Shown here one piece after another: positions 56,498-60,928 of a DNA stretch of 60,928 nucleotides; position 1 is the first letter of the stretch; each line of letters opens with the position of its first letter. The stretch is from a virus (taxonomy: Duplodnaviria; Caudoviricetes), in the IMG/VR virus record IMGVR_UViG_3300032315_000554, positions 1-60,928 of that record; one strand, 5' to 3'. Under the pieces are notes generated by a model, which saw only the letters and a program-made list of their open reading frames with translations, had not been told where the DNA came from and searched no databases. Position numbers and translations under genes: made by a program.

Positions 56498-56641
56498 ATG
56501 CCGATCAGAAAATGCGCCTCACAAAACTGCTTCGTCAGGAATTTGAAGACTGAGTTGAAGGCAGGCAGACCCAAGAAGCAGGCGCTTGCCATCGCTTACT
56601 CGGTTCAGCGCGAGGCAAAGAAAAAGCAACGTGCGAAGTGA
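56498..56641 (+). CDS. Small basic protein (DUF6496-like, KQALAIAYS)
   Basis: MPIRKCASQNCFVRNLKTELKAGRPKKQALAIAYSVQREAKK. Confidence 0.8.
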   Translation: MPIRKCASQNCFVRNLKTELKAGRPKKQALAIAYSVQREAKKKQRAK

Positions 56642-56647
56642 TTTAAT

Positions 56648-56722
56648 TGCGGGATCGACAAGTCTGGTTAAGTCAGAGGTTTCATAAGCCTCCATGCGTG
56701 GGTTCAAATCCCACTCCCGCTA
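56648..56722 (+). tRNA. tRNA with CAT anticodon (Met/fMet or Ile2)
   Basis: Acceptor tGCGGGA/TCCCGCt-A; D arm GAC/GTC; anticodon arm GAGGT-TTCATAA-GCCTC; T arm GTGGG-TTCAAAT-CCCAC; CCA not fully encoded. Confidence 0.9.
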
Positions 56723-56771
56723 CCTCTTGAAAAACCTTGCCCGGCGGCTTGGGTTCGATGACTCTCACGGG

Positions 56772-57023
56772 ATGGCTATTAGTCGTAAAAGAAAACCACA
56801 CAACCACCCGGCGTTCCCGGTCCCGGCGTTTCCCGGAGACCAGAATACTCCTCCGATCCGCCCGAATAGTGGCATGGGTATGCGTGACTGGTTCGCCGGG
56901 CTTGCGATGCAAGCGTTTGTATCGAAGTTGAACAAGTCCAACGATGGACTTGATGACATTGAAATTGCACACATTGCTTATGACATTGCTGACGCAATGA
57001 TGGAGTACAAAGAGAACGAATGA
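56772..57023 (+). CDS. Conserved small phage protein (PAFP...GM..RDWFA...AY.IADAM)
   Basis: Recognisable phage motif; ATG 56772. Confidence 0.85.
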   Translation: MAISRKRKPHNHPAFPVPAFPGDQNTPPIRPNSGMGMRDWFAGLAMQAFVSKLNKSNDGLDDIEIAHIAYDIADAMMEYKENE

Positions 57024-57027
57024 TTTT

Positions 57028-57366
57028 ATGAGCACAGAACAAACCCAACCCGAAAACAACGAACAGCCGCAGCAGCAAGAAGCCATCAACGGTGACGCTG
57101 CAAATGCTGTCGATCAAGTCCTGTCGAAGATCGATTTCGACAAGGTCTCCAAGGATGATGTCTTTTCTGACATCATGCACAACTCGCGCATCTTCGCTTT
57201 CCGCCTAATGGTGGGAGCGGCAGTGCTCGAACAAGTCATTCTCCGCGAACGTGCGAAAGCCGCTGGCGCCGAGTTGCAGCCCAACGAGGTGGTCAATCCT
57301 CCCGCCGAGGAGCCGAGTCAGGAACAACCTGACCTCACGGTGGTGCGCGATGAAGAACCAAAGTGA
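57028..57366 (+). CDS. Acidic hypothetical protein
   Basis: Tightly packed ORF. Confidence 0.75.
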   Translation: MSTEQTQPENNEQPQQQEAINGDAANAVDQVLSKIDFDKVSKDDVFSDIMHNSRIFAFRLMVGAAVLEQVILRERAKAAGAELQPNEVVNPPAEEPSQEQPDLTVVRDEEPK

Positions 57367-57508
57367 CGTGCCTGCAGCCGTTCGGAAATTTCTTTCCGAT
57401 ATCGGACGCAAGGGCGGATCGTCTTGCAGCGAACGCAAGCGAATTGCCGCCGCAAAAAACGGTGCAAAAGGTGGTAGACCAAAACGCAAAGATGTTGTAG
57501 TTGAGTAG
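57350..57508 (+). CDS. Small basic protein with GRKGG/GAKGGRP motifs
   Basis: IGRKGG..SERKRIAAAKNGAKGGRPKRK. Confidence 0.7.
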   Translation: MKNQSDVPAAVRKFLSDIGRKGGSSCSERKRIAAAKNGAKGGRPKRKDVVVE

Positions 57509-57542
57509 TCGCAGGCGGCTAGTCTGCGTGGGCATAACAACG

Positions 57543-57586
57543 GGGGGGAGAGTGCTGGTGGGGCACTTTCCCCCCTAATTTTTTTT
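57543..57586 (+). terminator. Intrinsic terminator ending the late region
   Basis: GGGGGGAGAGTGCT-GGTG-GGCACTTTCCCCCC then T9. Confidence 0.85.
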
Positions 57587-57610
57587 CGATTTACTCTGTA
57601 AAAAAGGCAT

Positions 57611-57647
57611 TTGACAACCCAACCGGGTTGGGGTAATGTTCTACCTG
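57611..57647 (+). promoter_or_regulatory. Sigma70-type early promoter, near-leaderless
   Basis: TTGACA-17nt (CCCAAC-CGG-GTTGGG)-TAATGT-TCTACCTG-ATG(57648). Confidence 0.8.
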
Positions 57648-57836
57648 ATGAACGAACTATACGTTGGATATGCAGACCGGATGAGCGGCGAAGAGCCGTT
57701 CGTCGTTAACGGAAAGAAGTACGAATTCGTTTGGGCTAACTACTCGAACGGGCGCCGAGATATCGGTGTGTACGCTTTCAGCGAGGACAGGACGTTTGGT
57801 TATCTCGCATGGCGCGAGATGAACAATCTGAACTAA
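57648..57836 (+). CDS. Small early protein (62 aa)
   Basis: Directly after the promoter. Confidence 0.75.
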   Translation: MNELYVGYADRMSGEEPFVVNGKKYEFVWANYSNGRRDIGVYAFSEDRTFGYLAWREMNNLN

Positions 57837-57873
57837 CCCTCATCAACCACAACCACCACACCACCACCACCAC

Positions 57874-58410
57874 ATGAGTAAGTACGAAACAGTCACCATC
57901 CCCGGCGCCTTCTACGACCTCGCTTTCGAGCGGGGTCTGGAGGTTCCTCTCGACGAGGAGTTCCGCCGGGTTGGCAAGGGCAAGCAGTACACCGTCCGCA
58001 AGGACGAGTTGTTCGACAACCTCGTCGCCGAGGCTGACAAGTTCCTCACCGAGGAACATCACGGGACCAAGCTGCATTACGCTGCAGTCGCGTTCCTCCG
58101 CTCGCTCCGCAAGAGCGGCGTGAGGTTCAACATCACCAATGAACTCCCGGCGCAAAGCCGCCGCCGGATCACATGGGTGAAGACAGGCGCTGTGCTCGGG
58201 CCGGGATTCGGCAAGTACAGCGGACGCAACCTCGTTGGCGGAATCGACGAGTCGAACGGCAACGTCATCATCCGAGTGCATGGCACTCAACAGGTTCAGG
58301 TCTTCAACCTCGCCAATGCGTTTGCTCAGCAGACGCAGGCTCAGGCCCGGCGCATTGCGGACCAGAAGAAAGCCGCGAAGAAAGCCGCGAAGGCTGCTCG
58401 TCGCCGCTGA
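57874..58410 (+). CDS. Early hypothetical protein (178 aa)
   Basis: C/A-rich leader; strong codon bias; hairpin at 58419-58443 follows. Confidence 0.8.
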   Translation: MSKYETVTIPGAFYDLAFERGLEVPLDEEFRRVGKGKQYTVRKDELFDNLVAEADKFLTEEHHGTKLHYAAVAFLRSLRKSGVRFNITNELPAQSRRRITWVKTGAVLGPGFGKYSGRNLVGGIDESNGNVIIRVHGTQQVQVFNLANAFAQQTQAQARRIADQKKAAKKAAKAARRR

Positions 58411-58456
58411 CGTTCATCGTGCCGGGGGCACCACCCCCGGCACCATTAAGCGCCAG

Positions 58457-58720
58457 ATGATCACGAAAAAACAAATCAACCGGGCTGTCAGCCACCTCGA
58501 CCTGTACGTTGTCGGCAACGGTGACGGGTACTTCTACTGGGTGTGCAAGCGCACCGGGAGCACCATTGGCGCCAATTGCGATTGGCCCCGGCTGAACATG
58601 CTCACACTCGACCAGTGGGTCGCTGAGGCAGAGTATGCTCGTAGGTCCGGTATCGTTAACGGCTTTGCACCGGACGAGGACGAGAAGTGGCTCGCCCGGT
58701 ACGGGAGGGACTGGAAATGA
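58457..58720 (+). CDS. Early hypothetical protein (87 aa)
   Basis: ATG 58457; GDGYFYW motif. Confidence 0.7.
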   Translation: MITKKQINRAVSHLDLYVVGNGDGYFYWVCKRTGSTIGANCDWPRLNMLTLDQWVAEAEYARRSGIVNGFAPDEDEKWLARYGRDWK

Positions 58721-58917
58721 TCGTGCATCCACAAGACGCCGTGTGCCCGGAGTGTGGCGGCACCGTCATCGAGACCGAGTGCCCATACAGCTACATTGGT
58801 CTTACCTGCGAAAGGTGCGAGTGGCATGAGACGCAAAAAAAAGATTTGCCGCCGGGCCGGGCATGGGCAAAAGTACCCGTGTCCATTACGGACAAAACCA
58901 AAAACCAAAATAGATAA
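58717..58917 (+). CDS. Small zinc-ribbon protein
   Basis: CPECGG...CERCEW; ATGA overlap. Confidence 0.65.
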   Translation: MIVHPQDAVCPECGGTVIETECPYSYIGLTCERCEWHETQKKDLPPGRAWAKVPVSITDKTKNQNR

Positions 58918-58926
58918 ATAACCACC

Positions 58927-59667
58927 ATGATAAGTAACCTCGACTACAACACCGCACTGACTCCTCTCGAAGCGAGTCACGCTGCGTCCACGACAAGTGA
59001 TCGCTACGGGTTCATCTCGACCCGGCAGATCATCACCAACCTCGAAGAACACGGCTTCACGCCTCGCACTGTGGAGATCTGCAGGGCGAACAAGGCGGAG
59101 ACCAAAGGCTTCCAGAAACACGTTGTCCGCCTCACGCACAAAGACATCCTCCCGGTTGTCGATGGCGAGGGTCACCCGGAGATCGTCCTCATCAACTCGC
59201 ACGATGCGAAGTCGGCGCTGACGTTTGCGCTCGGCTACTTCCGTTTCGTTTGCTCGAACGGTCTGATCGCCGGATCATCGATCTACAAGACCCGGATCAT
59301 TCACCGGAGCATCAACGCGAGCAGCGTTCACGATGCCGTCAGCCGGATCGCTGGCCGCGCACCGGAGTTGATCGACAGCATCCAGCGCCTCAAGTCCCAC
59401 AAGCTCGATGCGCTGACTGAACAGACGTTCGTGCGCGAAGCCGCCAAGCTACGTTGGGAAGAGCCGTCTGACCGGGCGCTGCACTTCCTCAGTGCTCCCC
59501 GGCGCCAAGAGGACGCACAGCCCAACTTGTGGCAGGTGTACAACCGTGTGCAGGAGAGCCTGACGAAAGGCAATCGCTACTACGGCGTCCGCCGCATCAC
59601 CTCGCCGTCGAAAGACGTGCAGTTGAACGAGCAGATCTGGAACCTCGCTCAGAGCTTCGTCAACTAG
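58927..59667 (+). CDS. DUF932-family protein
   Basis: SDRY.FI.T, INSHD, FRFVCSNGL, RRQED and LWQVYNRVQE motifs. Confidence 0.9.
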   Translation: MISNLDYNTALTPLEASHAASTTSDRYGFISTRQIITNLEEHGFTPRTVEICRANKAETKGFQKHVVRLTHKDILPVVDGEGHPEIVLINSHDAKSALTFALGYFRFVCSNGLIAGSSIYKTRIIHRSINASSVHDAVSRIAGRAPELIDSIQRLKSHKLDALTEQTFVREAAKLRWEEPSDRALHFLSAPRRQEDAQPNLWQVYNRVQESLTKGNRYYGVRRITSPSKDVQLNEQIWNLAQSFVN

Positions 59668-59680
59668 GCTCAGCGCACTC

Positions 59681-59718
59681 AGCAGACCCCGGAGTTAACG
59701 CTCCGGGGTTTTGCTTTT
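59681..59718 (+). terminator. Intrinsic terminator
   Basis: ACCCCGGAG-TTAACG-CTCCGGGGT then TTTGCTTTT. Confidence 0.8.
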
Positions 59719-59797
59719 CCGGGGTATGTCCCGGCGCCCGGCGCATGCAAAAACACACTTTTTTACTCTGTTAAGTGGGGGGGAGAGAAAAAAAACT

Positions 59798-59836
59798 TTG
59801 CTTACCCCTACCAAGGTAGGTAAAGTCCTACCTGTT
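59798..59836 (+). promoter_or_regulatory. Sigma70-type early promoter, near-leaderless
   Basis: TTGCTT-17nt (CCTACC-AA-GGTAGG)-TAAAGT-CCTACCTGTT-ATG(59837). Confidence 0.7.
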
Positions 59837-60469
59837 ATGAAAAACACCACCACCACCACCAACGACGACAAGACTTACTACGGTAACGTCTTGGCAGTCA
59901 CCGAGAACAACGGCTACAGCGATAGCGATTTCTTCGCCATCGTTTGGGACGACGAGAAGCAGTGCATCCGCAAGATCTCAGACGGCACCACACGGTACGC
60001 CGCTCCCTCGATCTATCATCGCTCTGACGCAAGCCCCGAGGTTCGCGCCAAAGCTCAGCAGTGGCTGCTCAACGTCTACCTGCCACCGTTCGCTAAGGAA
60101 CTCCTCATCAAGGAGCGCACTCGCATCCAGTCGCTGCAGTTTGGCGAGCAGGTCGTCATCTACAAGGGACGCAAGTACCCGATTGGCACCCGGGGCGAAG
60201 TCTTCGGCGTGTATGACAACCAGTTCTTCCGCGACTACAGCAGCAGCCGGAAGTCTTGGTCGATCCAGATCAAGCGGTTCAACCCGAAGTCCAAGAACGT
60301 GGGCATCCGTCTCGCTGACGGTAGCCGCATCTTCACGTCACTCGATAACGTCGAGCGCACCGCAATCGCCGTTCCTACCGAGGATGAAGTCCGCAAAAAA
60401 ACCGAGTACCTCGCCAGTCTCGGTGTCCACAGCATCTTCAGCGGCTACTTCGCGCTGAGCTTCCTCTAA
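59837..60469 (+). CDS. Early hypothetical protein with SH3/KOW-like C-terminal part
   Basis: NGYSDSDFFAIVWD and VIYKGRKYPIGTRGEVF motifs; start reassigned. Confidence 0.8.
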   Translation: MKNTTTTTNDDKTYYGNVLAVTENNGYSDSDFFAIVWDDEKQCIRKISDGTTRYAAPSIYHRSDASPEVRAKAQQWLLNVYLPPFAKELLIKERTRIQSLQFGEQVVIYKGRKYPIGTRGEVFGVYDNQFFRDYSSSRKSWSIQIKRFNPKSKNVGIRLADGSRIFTSLDNVERTAIAVPTEDEVRKKTEYLASLGVHSIFSGYFALSFL

Positions 60470-60509
60470 CACAACCTCGCCGGGGTCCGATCCCCCGGCG
60501 CCCACAACC

Positions 60510-60728
60510 ATGAACATCCAAGCTATTCTGGACAAACAAGCAGGCTCGGCGGCTTACCTAGTAAACCGATTGAAGGAAGGTCTCACCATCACCAAGCAGG
60601 ACAGCAAGTTTCTGAATGCTTGGCTGAGCGCCGAGAAGGCTCGGGCAGCAGTTGCCGCTGGCAAGCCCATCCCCAAGTGCGGTCGAGCCGGGCGCCGGAA
60701 GAAAATTCTCACCGGATACGGGAACTGA
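60510..60728 (+). CDS. Small basic early protein (72 aa)
   Basis: ORF between a hairpin and the next promoter. Confidence 0.7.
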   Translation: MNIQAILDKQAGSAAYLVNRLKEGLTITKQDSKFLNAWLSAEKARAAVAAGKPIPKCGRAGRRKKILTGYGN

Positions 60729-60738
60729 AAAAAACCCG

Positions 60739-60776
60739 TTGACGCCTTTCCCGGCATGGGTAATACTCCTACCCGT
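60739..60776 (+). promoter_or_regulatory. Sigma70-type early promoter
   Basis: A-tract, then TTGACG-17nt-AATACT-CCTACCCGT. Confidence 0.75.
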
Positions 60777-60804
60777 CAGTTAACCACCAACCCACAACTA
60801 CCAC

Positions 60805-60928
60805 ATGAAAAATAAAGCCACCCACTACGGAACCTGCCAACTTTGCGGTTCCTTACAGAAACTCCCGAGCGGCGTTTTAGCTCAGCACGGGTACCAAATC
60901 CACTGGCACCAGTTCGAGGGCGTCTGCA
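60805..60928 (+). CDS. 5' part of the junction-spanning CDS (continues to 737)
   Basis: ATG 60805 after a C/A-rich leader. Confidence 0.85.
   Translation, partial: MKNKATHYGTCQLCGSLQKLPSGVLAQHGYQIHWHQFEGVC
60806..60928. repeat. Terminal direct repeat copy 2 (circular assembly overlap)
   Basis: Identical to 1-123. Confidence 0.95.

Noticed and set aside
56648-56722. tRNA as an attP site
   Set aside because: No integrase was recognised and the tRNA is full length
57841-57873. ACC/CAC microsatellite as a CRISPR or contingency locus
   Set aside because: Short, imperfect and positioned as an unstructured translation leader; no repeat-spacer array was seen anywhere
1-60928. Stop-codon reassignment
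   Set aside because: TAA, TGA and TAG all end well-formed genes, and coding density is high under the standard code

Overview
The window is a complete, circularly assembled tailed-phage genome of about 60,805 bp; bases 1-123 are repeated exactly at 60806-60928. Essentially all credible genes are on the + strand, and the short-tail and ejection-protein gene order suggests a podovirus-like virion. Layout: (i) an early/host-takeover region crossing the junction (about 57600 to 4160), made of small promoter-gene-terminator cassettes with a shared sigma70-type promoter design and several near-leaderless starts; (ii) recombination and lambda-like replication genes (RecT-like annealase, Cas4-like exonuclease, YdaU-like initiator with internal iterons, DnaC-like loader, SSB, RusA-like resolvase), plus a Gp88-like protein and a dCMP deaminase; (iii) terS, terL, portal, scaffold and major capsid, interleaved with a SAM methyltransferase and four glycosyltransferase-like genes; (iv) head fibre, lysis genes with a YkuD-like endolysin, a metallophosphoesterase, tail fibres, adaptor and nozzle; (v) an ejection module with a GNAT-like gene, a PAPS-reductase/PP-loop enzyme, four Met-Gly-Gly-starting proteins and a 2972-aa modular polyvalent protein; (vi) a tRNA with a CAT anticodon. 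I recognised no integrase, DNA or RNA polymerase, CRISPR array or reverse transcriptase. The host is probably a diderm; a PVC/Verrucomicrobiota host is a weak inference. The best leads are the GNAT + PP-loop + MGG-protein cassette, the head-module glycosylation genes (one flanked by a 17-bp direct repeat), a switch-like RNA leader before the capsid gene, a candidate -1 frameshift, apparent CCWGG avoidance and the cassette structure of the giant protein. All protein calls come from motifs read by eye and gene context, not database searches.
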